A stretch of DNA of 64,000 bases, from positions 128,001-192,000 of the forward strand of contig CAWABA010000006.1 in NCBI GenBank assembly GCA_963780185.1. The letters are read 5' to 3'. Below are positions 9,866-19,247 of this stretch, in pieces (the first letter of the stretch is position 1; each line of letters opens with the position of its first letter). A program made the position numbers and the translations under genes. The DNA is from Candidatus Bathyarchaeota archaeon. GTDB taxonomy: Archaea > Thermoproteota > Bathyarchaeia > Bathyarchaeales > Bathycorpusculaceae. The notes under the pieces were generated by a model. The model was not told where the DNA came from. It saw nothing but the letters and a program-made list of their open reading frames with translations, and did no database searches.

Positions 9866-11065
9866 ATGTTTACCCTTGACGTCGCCATGCCTTTGGCCTT
9901 ATTCGGTGTAATTGTTGTTGCCCTGTTTTTGAATAAGCGCACGGAAGGCCGATTGATGTCAACTGTTGAGGAGAAGCAGTTCAAAATTAAAGATGTAATT
10001 GTCCTCGTCGTATTCATGGCTATAATCGTTTCAGGCTTAGCTCTAGCCGCCATCTACACACCTGGAGAACTCTTCAGCGACGTAATTCTTGTATTCTTCT
10101 TGTTCTCATACACCATGCTGCTGTTCACAATCTCATACTTGTTCAGCGGCATCCCAAAAGTCCGCGCGCAGCTTCTTTCAGTGGGGTTCGGCGCTGCCTC
10201 CATCATCGCAGGCGCAGCCTGCGCGTTACCGCCGCTCCAAGATGCCTTCACCATACTGAGAGTTGCAGCCTTCATGGGGTTAGCAGCGTTTTGCTTCGGC
10301 GTCGCCTTTTACGAGCGGAAAAACACGGTCCATAAAGAGCGTTGGTATGTTGCTGCGCAGCCTCCAGCGATTTTTGTTTTGCTGTTTGTCTTCTTTAACT
10401 TTTTAAATAACGCGGGAACAGCGGCGATTTGGGCTCCGTATCTTATGGATGTTTTCGCTTTAACCTTCGCCGTTCTAATTATCCTGTATCTAAGCACACT
10501 ATTTAATTGGAAGACAGTTGGGCTTTTTGCAGTTCTCTTAACAGCAATGGATATCATTTTGGTCATCGGAAGCACCGCAATGGTTACTGCGGCAACTAAA
10601 TTTAGCGGACTTGGGCTTCCAGTACTCGTTTCCCTGCCCAACATCCCCATTAAGATGGTTACAATTCCAAACTCTACCGCTTTGGCCATCGGTTTCAGAG
10701 GACTTGGTTTAGGCGACTTTTTCTTTGCTGGCATCCTTATAGTTCAAACGTACAAAAGATTCGGTCAAAAGACTGCCCTTATCGCTGCAACCGTTATAAC
10801 GATAGTTTTTGGCATTTGGGACGGTTTCTTATTTGATTTGGTAAATTGGATTAGTTCGATTGTTGGACGAAACATAGGTGGCATGCCCGCTACCGTTTTT
10901 ATTATTACGGGGTGGGCGCCTGTAATCGCGGTGGCGCTTTGGCTTGAACACAGAAAGAAAGCAAACCTGCCAGCGGCAACTCCCACGGTCGAGCCCGTTC
11001 AAGACGCAAACGTGCCTGTTGCTAGCGAGCCAACTCAAACTACGCAAGAACCGGGAACCTGCTGA
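9866..11065 (+). CDS. presenilin/signal-peptide-peptidase family GxGD aspartyl protease
   Basis: TAMDII, GLGLGDF and MPA motifs in TM helices; start uncertain. Confidence 0.8.
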   Translation: MFTLDVAMPLALFGVIVVALFLNKRTEGRLMSTVEEKQFKIKDVIVLVVFMAIIVSGLALAAIYTPGELFSDVILVFFLFSYTMLLFTISYLFSGIPKVRAQLLSVGFGAASIIAGAACALPPLQDAFTILRVAAFMGLAAFCFGVAFYERKNTVHKERWYVAAQPPAIFVLLFVFFNFLNNAGTAAIWAPYLMDVFALTFAVLIILYLSTLFNWKTVGLFAVLLTAMDIILVIGSTAMVTAATKFSGLGLPVLVSLPNIPIKMVTIPNSTALAIGFRGLGLGDFFFAGILIVQTYKRFGQKTALIAATVITIVFGIWDGFLFDLVNWISSIVGRNIGGMPATVFIITGWAPVIAVALWLEHRKKANLPAATPTVEPVQDANVPVASEPTQTTQEPGTC

Positions 11066-11180
11066 TAGAATAGATTTTGTAATGGTAATTGATATTTTGT
11101 CTAGCAAATTATTTAAAACAAAACTCTGTATAGCACTAAAAGTAAACTTATGCCCTCTGCTATTAAACTTCAGGATTTTA

Positions 11181-11732
11181 ATGAAGCAGAAAAATTCATT
11201 AATTAATTATTACTCGGGTGTTCAAGTATCGCTGGGTGAGCGCCTCTTAGGATTAGGTGCTGTTCTTTTTGCGCTATTCCAAGTGACTAGTTGGAGCAGA
11301 TCAGGGCTTGCAGCAATATCAACTTATAAAATTACGTTTTGGATGATAAGCTTTTCACCAAAATTATTTTTATACTTTTTTGCCGTTTTTATGCTGATAC
11401 TTTACATGGCTCGTACAGGTTTGAGGTATGCCTCTGTTTCGGGATATTTGAACATAATTATTACTTTGGAACTGATTAACGACATTACTTCCTCAATACA
11501 TGGGGCGATAACTAAAGAGAGTTACAAAAGAATGGTTGAAGCAAAAGTCAAAATATTTTATCTCCTTCCATTTCAATGGTTTTTGTCAGGCGAAACAAGT
11601 TTAGATTCGGCTGAGGGGAAAAAATTTAACAAAAGATCAAATATTCGAGGTTGGGTGTTGTCAATTGTTATTTCACTTATTCTTACCGGGCTAATGTTTT
11701 GGATTTTACAAGAAATTCTATTCCCAATATGA
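11181..11732 (+). CDS. AT-rich hypothetical membrane protein
   Basis: Several TM segments; composition differs from neighbours. Confidence 0.5.
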   Translation: MKQKNSLINYYSGVQVSLGERLLGLGAVLFALFQVTSWSRSGLAAISTYKITFWMISFSPKLFLYFFAVFMLILYMARTGLRYASVSGYLNIIITLELINDITSSIHGAITKESYKRMVEAKVKIFYLLPFQWFLSGETSLDSAEGKKFNKRSNIRGWVLSIVISLILTGLMFWILQEILFPI

Positions 11733-11860
11733 AAAATTGACATTGACTAAATTGTCGCTCATACTGATTTGTTGACTGTTAGATTAATGAACATATCTAA
11801 AAGATTACAAAGGGTGAAAAAGTTTAGTTATGGGTAGTAAAACACCCATTAACGGCATGT

Positions 11861-12183
11861 TTACCCGAATAGGGCGCCTAATCCTTCTAACGCTGCTTCT
11901 TCTTTGGCTTTTTCTTCTTCAGCTTTCTTCTTCTTGTCTTCTGGAGGTGCGGCTGCTGGTTTTGCTTCTGCGCCTGCTGGTGCTGCGACTGGAGCGGCTG
12001 CCATCATTGTGGTGCTGCCTTGAGCGCCTCATCAATGTTTACTTCGCTCAGTGAAGCTACGAGTGCTTTAACTTGAACCACGTCAACTTCTATTCCTGCT
12101 GCTTTGAGAACGGCGGTTACTGAATCTTCGTTTATTTCTTTTCCTGCCTTGTGAAGGAGCATCGCTGCGTAAATGTTTTCCAT
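11861..12183 (-). CDS. rpl12: ribosomal stalk protein P1 (L12), with apparent frameshift errors
   Basis: [19 protein letters not shown]...Ala-rich hinge...[12 protein letters not shown]; frame switches in the hinge region. Confidence 0.93.
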
Positions 12184-12198
12184 ACCTTTTCACCTCTT

Positions 12199-12298
12199 CA
12201 ACGGACTATTTTAACTTTTCAGTTGGTCGAACCAGCCTCTTTCATGATGCTGGTCGTTACCTTGAATTGCAGTTGATTCTGCATTCTGTTGCCGTTAG
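12199..12298 (-). promoter_or_regulatory. structured 5' leader of rpl12 (four-way junction candidate)
   Basis: Closing stem UAACGG/CCGUUG encloses three hairpins, just upstream of the GAGGTG SD. Confidence 0.55.
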
Positions 12299-12463
12299 GG
12301 AAAAGACCCAATTACTTAAGAACTTTTCGTACTTCCCTTGAGTAGGTTACCGTTTATCGGGTTTGCCAGCGAATTTCTCAAGAAAAGAGTCGGCGTGAAA
12401 ACTAATTAATAACTTAGACAGATGAGTGTAAGAGCCACATAAAAAAACTGAATCAGTGAAAGT

Positions 12464-13381
12464 TTGCGCTTCAAAACGTTACATCCGCCATATTCGCGAA
12501 ACAGCAAGGTTCTGCTAACGTTAGTCATAGCAGCCTTGATTATTCTCAACTTTTCTATTTTGATGTCTGCTTACCCCCAAACTTTTAAGTTAGACGGGGG
12601 CGGGGCGCTTGCGAAAGATTTTTCAGCGTATTACGTAGGCGCATGGCGACTTTGGCACAACCCCACAGGCTTGTACACCCGGGGAGCAATCAACGACGGC
12701 GAGCCAACCATTAATCCGCAGCCGCAAGACTACAAGTACCTGCCTTCTTTTCTGCTATTGGTCTCTCCATTCCAGATTCTCAGTTACCATCAAGCGTTCA
12801 TCGCGTTTGACCTTTTTCAATTTGCCCTTTTGCCCTTGATTGCGCTGTTGCTTTATCAGTTGCTGTATCGGAAGGGCTTGGTTGTGGTTTTGGTTGTTGC
12901 CGCGGTTGTTTTGCTGCCTTTTCCTTTGCCGCATTGGGGGTCCCTCGCCACTTACTTCTGGCAATGGGCTGAAGGTCAAGCTAAAGTCTTCGAAACCTTC
13001 CTTTTCCTCTTATCATTCTACCTCGGAGCCAAAAACAAGCCCCTTGCCTCAGGAATCGTCTTCGCCTTCGCCGCCTTTGACCCAAGGTTTGCCCTCCTCG
13101 GGTTGCCCCTTTTCCTTTTCTACAACAAAAACAGCATCACCTTCACAGTGAAAACCGCCTTCGCCACAATAATCATGTCAAACATCATTCTTCTTTACCC
13201 CGCAATAGCCCAATCGTTCTGGAACGTAATTCTCACGCGCGGCTTAGGCACCACCCTCTATGCTTACGCCTACATTCCCTTGCTAACATTAGCTGCTTTG
13301 AATCTTGTCAATTTCAAAGATATTATGGCGAATTTTTTTGAGACGTGTGAACGGTGGATGGACAGTCGACGTCAGGTTTAA
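12464..13381 (+). CDS. GT87/DUF2029 membrane glycosyltransferase
   Basis: KDFSAYY, YKYLPSF and EGQ motifs; multiple TM segments. Confidence 0.75.
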   Translation: MRFKTLHPPYSRNSKVLLTLVIAALIILNFSILMSAYPQTFKLDGGGALAKDFSAYYVGAWRLWHNPTGLYTRGAINDGEPTINPQPQDYKYLPSFLLLVSPFQILSYHQAFIAFDLFQFALLPLIALLLYQLLYRKGLVVVLVVAAVVLLPFPLPHWGSLATYFWQWAEGQAKVFETFLFLLSFYLGAKNKPLASGIVFAFAAFDPRFALLGLPLFLFYNKNSITFTVKTAFATIIMSNIILLYPAIAQSFWNVILTRGLGTTLYAYAYIPLLTLAALNLVNFKDIMANFFETCERWMDSRRQV

Positions 13382-13520
13382 AAGGCAAGAAATCGCCGTG
13401 GATTTAAGCGAACGGTTCGGTGGGAACTGAATCGCGTGGTTTTTTGGTGGAGGCGGGCTTTCTTGTTCACAATACTTATCTTTAGGTTGGGCACATGGGG
13501 TTATTTACAAGGGTCGTCAC

Positions 13521-14494
13521 TATGGGAAATATTACAGTCGCCGTTCTCGGCGCTTTAGGATACGGTGGCAGCATCGGCAAAAAGGGAACATCCACAGACC
13601 TAACATTCTACAACGTGAAGAAAGGTGAAGATACAATAACCCTTATCGAGCCGACACGGTACCCTGAACGCTTAGCGCCTCTATTCTACGCTGTTTCCCT
13701 CGCCAAAAAAGCCATAGTCGTAGTAGACCAAATAGACGCTACCTTCGGCGAATGCTTAGTTATGCTTCAATGCTCAGACATCAAAGAAGGCTACTTCGTT
13801 TTAAGAAACTACATTCCGAAAGAAAAAATCGAACCTCTAATCAAAGGAACCAGCCTGGAAAAATTCCAGTTCGTAGGCGACGACGCCAACTTCCTGCGCG
13901 AGCAGCTTTTGGCAGAAGCTTCCAAGCAAGGTCCCGTCGAGATTCCAGCTGGGCAGCAGGCGGTTGGGGCGGTTCCAGTTGACCACTCTTTTAACGTTAA
14001 AGGCGTCGGTGTAGTTGTGCTCGGCGTAGTGGTTTATGGGGCTGTGCAGAAACATGAAGCTCTCAGTGTTTTGCCAGCGGGGAAGTCGGCGCAGGTTCGT
14101 TCGATTCAGAAGCACGATGACGAGTTTGATGTTGCAGGCGAAGGCGACCGTGTGGGGCTTGCCTTGAAAAACATCGAAGTTGAAGATTTGGATCGGGGCA
14201 CAGTTCTGACAAATGACCCGTCAATCAAGACGGCATCTAAGCTGGAAACACATGCTTCTTTGATTAAGTATTGGCAGACCCCGATAAAGGCGGGGATGGT
14301 TATGCATGTTGGCCATTGGACGCAGTTCTTAACCGCCAAAGTCGAAGCGGTGACAGACGGAGGGCGACTGGAGAAAACCAACCTTGACTTTAACGCTGGA
14401 TAAACCGCTAATCCATCGCCCAAACGATAGGGCAGTGCTGATGTATTTGGAGGGCGCAAAGCTCCGCGTCGCAGGAAACATAGCCTTACCCTAA
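13521..14494 (+). CDS. SelB-like/EF-Tu domain II protein with degenerate G domain (C-terminal frameshifts)
   Basis: GKKGTSTD, VDHSFNVKGVGVV, VRSIQKHD and GDRVGLALK motifs. Confidence 0.85.
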
Positions 14495-14527
14495 CCTGGG
14501 TAAAAAAGAAAAAATCAACTAAAAATT

Positions 14528-14780
14528 CACTGCAAAAAGGTGGGAAAGAGGGGAGCTTACCGCGGAAGTGCTGCTTCTCTTTCAACTGCGACTTTTATGG
14601 CTAAAATCAGGATTGTGTAGACGATGGGTAATGCAGCGATGGTCCAGATTGGCACGGAATAGTCGTAAGCCATCCAACATGAAATAATCCATGGCGGCAT
14701 TGAAAACTTGGATAACTAATACGAACCGCACAATTTTCCACACCGCTTGATGAGAAATTTGAATGTCGAAGTTTCTCAAG
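14528..14780 (-). CDS. small 2-TM membrane protein (frameshifted)
   Basis: ...AVWKIVRFVLVIQVFNAAMDYF joined by one indel to WMAYDYSVPIWTIAALPIVYTILILAIK. Confidence 0.35.
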
Positions 14781-15222
14781 TTTTCACTTCCCACAAGAAA
14801 TTGCGTCTTTCGAACGACGCTAATTGAAAACATTCCCGTCAGCTTTAATAATTCTATGTGGTTGTGTCGGGCTAGCAACACAGTTGCCGTCGCCAACCCC
14901 GCGAAAAATCTGGAATCTTTCCTTCAGAGGTGGGGATAATAGTTCCTTCCTTTAGGATATTCAAAATGGTTCTCCGTGCATAATTTGATTTTGCTTTTAA
15001 AATATGTAAAAATATGAATTGAAATTCTACTAAAAGATGTCGTACATTGAAAAAGACATTTTTTTGTTCAAACAAGCAACATTCGGCAAAAATTGCGTTA
15101 ATTTGTCTGCCAAACAATAATATGGTGCTTGCTTATTATTCTATTTTCAGATACAATTTTGATTAAGAAATGATGAAAAATTGGTATTCTTTATGAATAT
15201 AAAAAGAAGCGTGTTCTTTTTT

Positions 15223-15714
15223 GGAGCCAACGTCATTGGAGCAACCGGGGAAAGTTCTTTTGGCGAAGCTTGGAAGCGGTAAGCCCGGTTCCTCAGTTTT
15301 CCACTTACAAGTGGTCCCTGGAAAAGATCGGCTGGCGGCAACTTTTAGAAGCGAAGGTTCCCCAAAAGGCGGTTTTTCAGCATACGATAATTCAGGAAGG
15401 CCCTTCGGCGTCATAATCATGATTGACCTGAGAAGGGTGGCCGGGGAAATAGCGGCTTCGGATGCTGATTGAAAACTGAATCACCTTCGTCGTGCAAGGG
15501 TGATGTCTGTGTGGGGAGAACCAACGTTCTAAACGCTGTCGCCAGCCTAAGAGACCCAAGGATGATTGCAGATTTTAGAAATACCTGATTTAATTCGTCT
15601 CAGAGAATTGGAAGTTGTCTCCTTAGTCAAATCTATCCTTGGCAATATCTTAGCGACCGCTTTGCTGCAAAGTTCTACGGGCGACTTGAGGGCTCTTCGG
15701 TCTCCGAATAAGAG
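15223..15714 (+). ncRNA. candidate large structured non-coding RNA (~490 nt), family unknown
   Basis: Many nested helices with G-U pairs on the + strand, 5'/3' closing pairing, TATAAAAA box at 15198. Confidence 0.7.
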
Positions 15715-15798
15715 TTTTGAAATGCCTAAAAAATTGGTTGTCGTTAACGTAAATTCTTATTTGTTGCGTGTGCCTTACCTTTGTGGCGGGAGCTTTCT

Positions 15799-16263
15799 AT
15801 GAGCGATATGGAGCTTAGGGTTTCAAAGATTAAGGATGGCACGGTGATTGACCATATTAGAGGCGGATACGCGCTTGATGTTGTCAGGATTTTGGGGATA
15901 ACGGGTAAGGAAAAACTGGTGATTACCATCGCCATCAACGTTCCGAGCAAACGTTTCGGCGCCAAAGACATCGTGAAGATTGAGGGTCGAGCCATTAACC
16001 CGCAGGAAGTTAACCGAATAGCCTTGGTTGCTCCCCACGCGTCAATCAACATCATCCGCAACTACAAAGTCCTCGAGAAAGTCGAGGTTAAACTGCCAGC
16101 AACCATCGAAGGCATAATCGAATGCGTAAACCCCTGCTGCATAAGCAACAGCGACGAACCCGCAGCGCCAAAATTCTACGTCAAAAACGAGGAACCCCTA
16201 ACACTCAAATGCCACTACTGCGGCGTAACCCTGGAACAAGCCGACATCCTGCAGCAGCTTTAA
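15799..16263 (+). CDS. pyrI: aspartate carbamoyltransferase regulatory subunit
   Basis: GTVIDHI, KDIVKIE, CVNPCCIS and CHYC motifs. Confidence 0.96.
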   Translation: MSDMELRVSKIKDGTVIDHIRGGYALDVVRILGITGKEKLVITIAINVPSKRFGAKDIVKIEGRAINPQEVNRIALVAPHASINIIRNYKVLEKVEVKLPATIEGIIECVNPCCISNSDEPAAPKFYVKNEEPLTLKCHYCGVTLEQADILQQL

Positions 16264-16699
16264 CGCCGAATCTTTTGATTTAGCCTTTCCTGTGCCAGGT
16301 CGAAAAGTTTTTTGAAGTCGGCTTTGTCGAGCGGTTTGCCTTGATTTATTCCTGGGCATTCAACTGTAAAATCAAAATCGTATGATTCTTTGTTCTCGTT
16401 GAATTTGAGTTCAAACGGGTAAAACATGCAGATTAGGGTTCTTAGTGGGTAAATGCTGCATCGGTTGTCTTTGAGGAAGACGCATTTGCCTTCGCTTGAC
16501 TTCTTCATCTCGTAAACATAAGGGCGCTTGCCGTCAACTTCCACACAAAAACCAGCTATCTGCTGCCCAGTTTCCGCGCGATCCTTTCAGCTTCGCCTTT
16601 CAAAAGGAGAATGTGCCTTGTTTTTTGCGCTGTGTCGCCGCAGCATAAGCCGCATCGGCTGCATTCAAACCGCACCTTAACGGGGTAAGCAAAGTCCAC
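16260..16699 (-). CDS. YkgJ/UPF0153 Cys-cluster protein (frameshifted)
   Basis: FECSRCGLCC...CVFL...CSIY...CMFYPF...CPG. Confidence 0.85.
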
Positions 16700-16747
16700 G
16701 TTGATTCAACAAGTATAGCTTAAAATGCGGCATAAAAAAGTTGGCGG

Positions 16748-16930
16748 TCACTTCTGTTTTTCTTCAGGCGCTTTGCTGCGGTGTCCTTCGCCGTACTGGA
16801 AGGGTCTGCCGAGGTTTTTCGCCAGTTTTTTCTCGAAGGCTTCATCCATGTTCATGTTGGGGCAGGCTAAGCGGCTGGCATCTAAAACGTAAAACGTTTA
16901 TCACGTAATAAGCTTTCAGCTATTTTCTCG
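16748..16930 (-). pseudogene. C-terminal half of a MazG-like pyrophosphatase gene
   Basis: Decayed EKIAE(E)LI(D)VI then FYVLDASRLACPNMNMDEAFEKKLAKNLGRPFQYG*. Confidence 0.65.
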
Positions 16931-17139
16931 CAAGATGCTCTTGTTATGAAGAAAAAACATCGACTACGTTCATTTAAGAAAATATGCGCCAATCTGAAAG
17001 CTGCCCTTAGTTAGGTCCTAATATAGGCCAACAAATAGCCTTCGGAAATCAAAAGATCAACGGTCTGCTTACGGAAAATTTAAAATTCAGAATCTTGTAC
17101 AGAAAGACTGGTTTAGCAAAAAGAATGAGAGGGTCAATA

Positions 17140-17820
17140 ATGAAAGAAATGGATGAAGAACAGGTGCTATGTTTCGAAAGTAAGCTGTTGTCCGGATATT
17201 CTTCTCAGAAGGTTTTCTACATTCAATTCCTTTGGGATCAAATTCGAAGAAACCTTATTGCCCTTCCAAGATCCGAAGCAGAACAAAATTTTCAGTATAA
17301 ACAACTTATTGCTTATGGTATCATAAAATCAAATGAATGCTACTTAACCTACAAAAGAACCCCTAAAGGAGGGGAAAGCAGGCTCTGGAAAAGATACTCA
17401 ATAGGCATTGGCGGACATATTAATAGCGGAGATCAAAGTCAAAAAGAAATGGCGGAATTTGGCTCAAAGAAAACCAGAAACTTAAGCTTTTTTTATACAG
17501 CAGTCCAGAGAGAGATTGACGAGGAGATTATGGTGGAACCACCTTATTTATTGAGTAAGCCGGAGCTGAAATTTTTCATAAATGATGATTCTGATGAAGT
17601 CGGAAAAGTTCATTTTGGGTTGGTTTGGCTATACGAAATCAAGTATCCAAAAGATATTCATACACAAAGTAAAGTTACAGAAAAAAAAATAGTTAGAGGA
17701 ACAAAAGGGCTGGCAGAATTGGATTTTCTTGATATTGAGACTTTGAAGGCTAACAAACCGCATTTTGAGAGTTGGTCGCAATTAATAATAGACGCGATTT
17801 CAGGGGGTCAATTTATTTGA
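17140..17820 (+). CDS. NUDIX-family phosphoesterase (COG4112-like)
   Basis: YKQLIAY, GGESRL, SIGIGGHIN, REIDEE and INDDSDEVGKVHFG motifs. Confidence 0.85.
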   Translation: MKEMDEEQVLCFESKLLSGYSSQKVFYIQFLWDQIRRNLIALPRSEAEQNFQYKQLIAYGIIKSNECYLTYKRTPKGGESRLWKRYSIGIGGHINSGDQSQKEMAEFGSKKTRNLSFFYTAVQREIDEEIMVEPPYLLSKPELKFFINDDSDEVGKVHFGLVWLYEIKYPKDIHTQSKVTEKKIVRGTKGLAELDFLDIETLKANKPHFESWSQLIIDAISGGQFI

Positions 17821-18443
17821 TTTACACCGGTTCGGGTTCTAACAACTCGTTCCCTTGAACTCTCCTGATTCGGACCCGTGACTTTTTCTTCTGGCAAACC
17901 TTTTTTCCAAGCGTCGCTTGCTTCGCCTAATTCGATGAATGCGAAAAGAAGCTTTTTCGGGATGTCTTCCAACCTGTTGTAGAATCCTTTTGCAATTACC
18001 AACACTTCAATTTGCTTCTTCATTTTTTCCAGATTCAACTTGGCTTCCCCAAACGTCAACAAAAGCCGATTTTCTTGCAGCTTAAATGGTGTTTTGTTAT
18101 TATTTCGGAATGTTATTAAAAGAGGTCCAAACCAATTTGGATCAAGTGTAGTTGCAATATGTGAAAGTCCTTGTGTTACGAGGGAGACCTTAGAGTGGAA
18201 CAAACCGCCTATTCTTTTTGAAACCCATAGAGATTCTCGAGTTAGAATTAGAATTGTGCTCTCGGGTGGTAGATCATAATAGCCATCGACTGGCTTAATT
18301 AGGGAACACTGATCAAGGGAATAAACAAAATCGCCGACATGAAAATCGTAGCCAACTGGAGTCACCCCTTCTGGAAAGAAATTGTCAATAACGATGTCTT
18401 TCCCAAGCAACTTCGTAATATCCTTGTCGGTTAAGAGGGACAT
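17808..18443 (-). CDS. dCTP deaminase-like domain running in frame into the N-terminal half of a MazG-like gene
   Basis: VGYDFHVG, TRESL, SKVSL and DPNWFG motifs, then NLEKMKKQ...FIELGEASDAWKKG. Confidence 0.7.
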   Translation of the reverse strand: MSLLTDKDITKLLGKDIVIDNFFPEGVTPVGYDFHVGDFVYSLDQCSLIKPVDGYYDLPPESTILILTRESLWVSKRIGGLFHSKVSLVTQGLSHIATTLDPNWFGPLLITFRNNNKTPFKLQENRLLLTFGEAKLNLEKMKKQIEVLVIAKGFYNRLEDIPKKLLFAFIELGEASDAWKKGLPEEKVTGPNQESSRERVVRTRTGVNQIN

Positions 18444-18742
18444 TAATTGCCACAAGGATAGTATGAGTAATTTACTTTTAAGCTTTAGTACCTAAAGAAA
18501 TGAATAGTTTGCGCCTTCATCAGCTAATAAACTGTAGCTTTTGCCATACTCTGATCAATTGCGGAATAACAAAAATGTGCATCGGCAAAAGAAGCGGCAC
18601 TCGAAATTGTTTTCCAGAATAGTTAGTCCATTTATACTTAAACCGTGAAGCGCAGGCTTGACTGTTGCCTGTGACTGCTTGTGTACTACCACAAATTTTT
18701 ATAATCTCGCCGAAGTAGCAGTTACTTAGCGAACAAAAACGG

Positions 18743-18869
18743 GTCGTTTGGCAGGTAAATCTGCTGTCATGAAATGGCTCTGCTTTCGGATTTGTACTAT
18801 GGGGCTTAGGCTCCCAAATCGTGCGTTTCTGAGCATCCTTTTAGACAGAAGAGTAAACTGCCAAGCGGC
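18743..18869 (+). ncRNA. candidate ~130-nt rod-like structured RNA
   Basis: 12-bp terminal helix with G-U pairs, symmetric GUAAA/GUAAA loop, further nested stems; TTTTATAA at 18697. Confidence 0.6.
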
Positions 18870-18890
18870 ACTCTAACTTACCATTTTATC

Positions 18891-19247
18891 TTATTGACTT
18901 GACTTTCCCTCATTATCCATGTGAAAATGATGCAGGAACCGATGAAAAATCGGCGCAGCAAAAATTCCAATTGCAATTATCTCAACCAGCCCGCAGTATA
19001 GAGCGTAGATTCCAGCGAATATTTTTCCGTCTGAGTTGCGCAAGGCGTTGACGGGTCCCATTCCGCCCATCAGCATGGCGGCGTTGAGGAAGGAGTCAAC
19101 CCAAGAGAGACCTTCAAGCGTGTGGTAACCGATCATGCCGATGACCAAGGAAGCCAAAATTAGCCCGAGGGAAATCAACGCGTATTTGAATACGCGCCGG
19201 ATAAAGAGATGTCTGGGCAAAAGTTTTTCGTGGTGACGCTCAAACAC
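18891..19247 (-). CDS. small 2-TM potassium-channel-like protein with GMG pore motif
   Basis: EGLSWVDSFLNAAMLMGGMGP and GKIFAGIYALY motifs. Confidence 0.8.
   Translation of the reverse strand: MFERHHEKLLPRHLFIRRVFKYALISLGLILASLVIGMIGYHTLEGLSWVDSFLNAAMLMGGMGPVNALRNSDGKIFAGIYALYCGLVEIIAIGIFAAPIFHRFLHHFHMDNEGKSSQ

Noticed and set aside
14872-15472. Short ORFs at 14872-15117, 15147-15341, 15163-15420 and 15221-15472
   Set aside because: They show no protein features, and those overlapping 15223 onward are better explained by RNA structure
15223-15714. RNase P RNA, SRP RNA or a canonical group I/II intron
   Set aside because: GGAAAGUUC resembles RNase P CR-I, but CR-V (ACAGAA..GGCUUA) is absent; there is no SRP helix-8 motif, no group II domain V and no flanking exons
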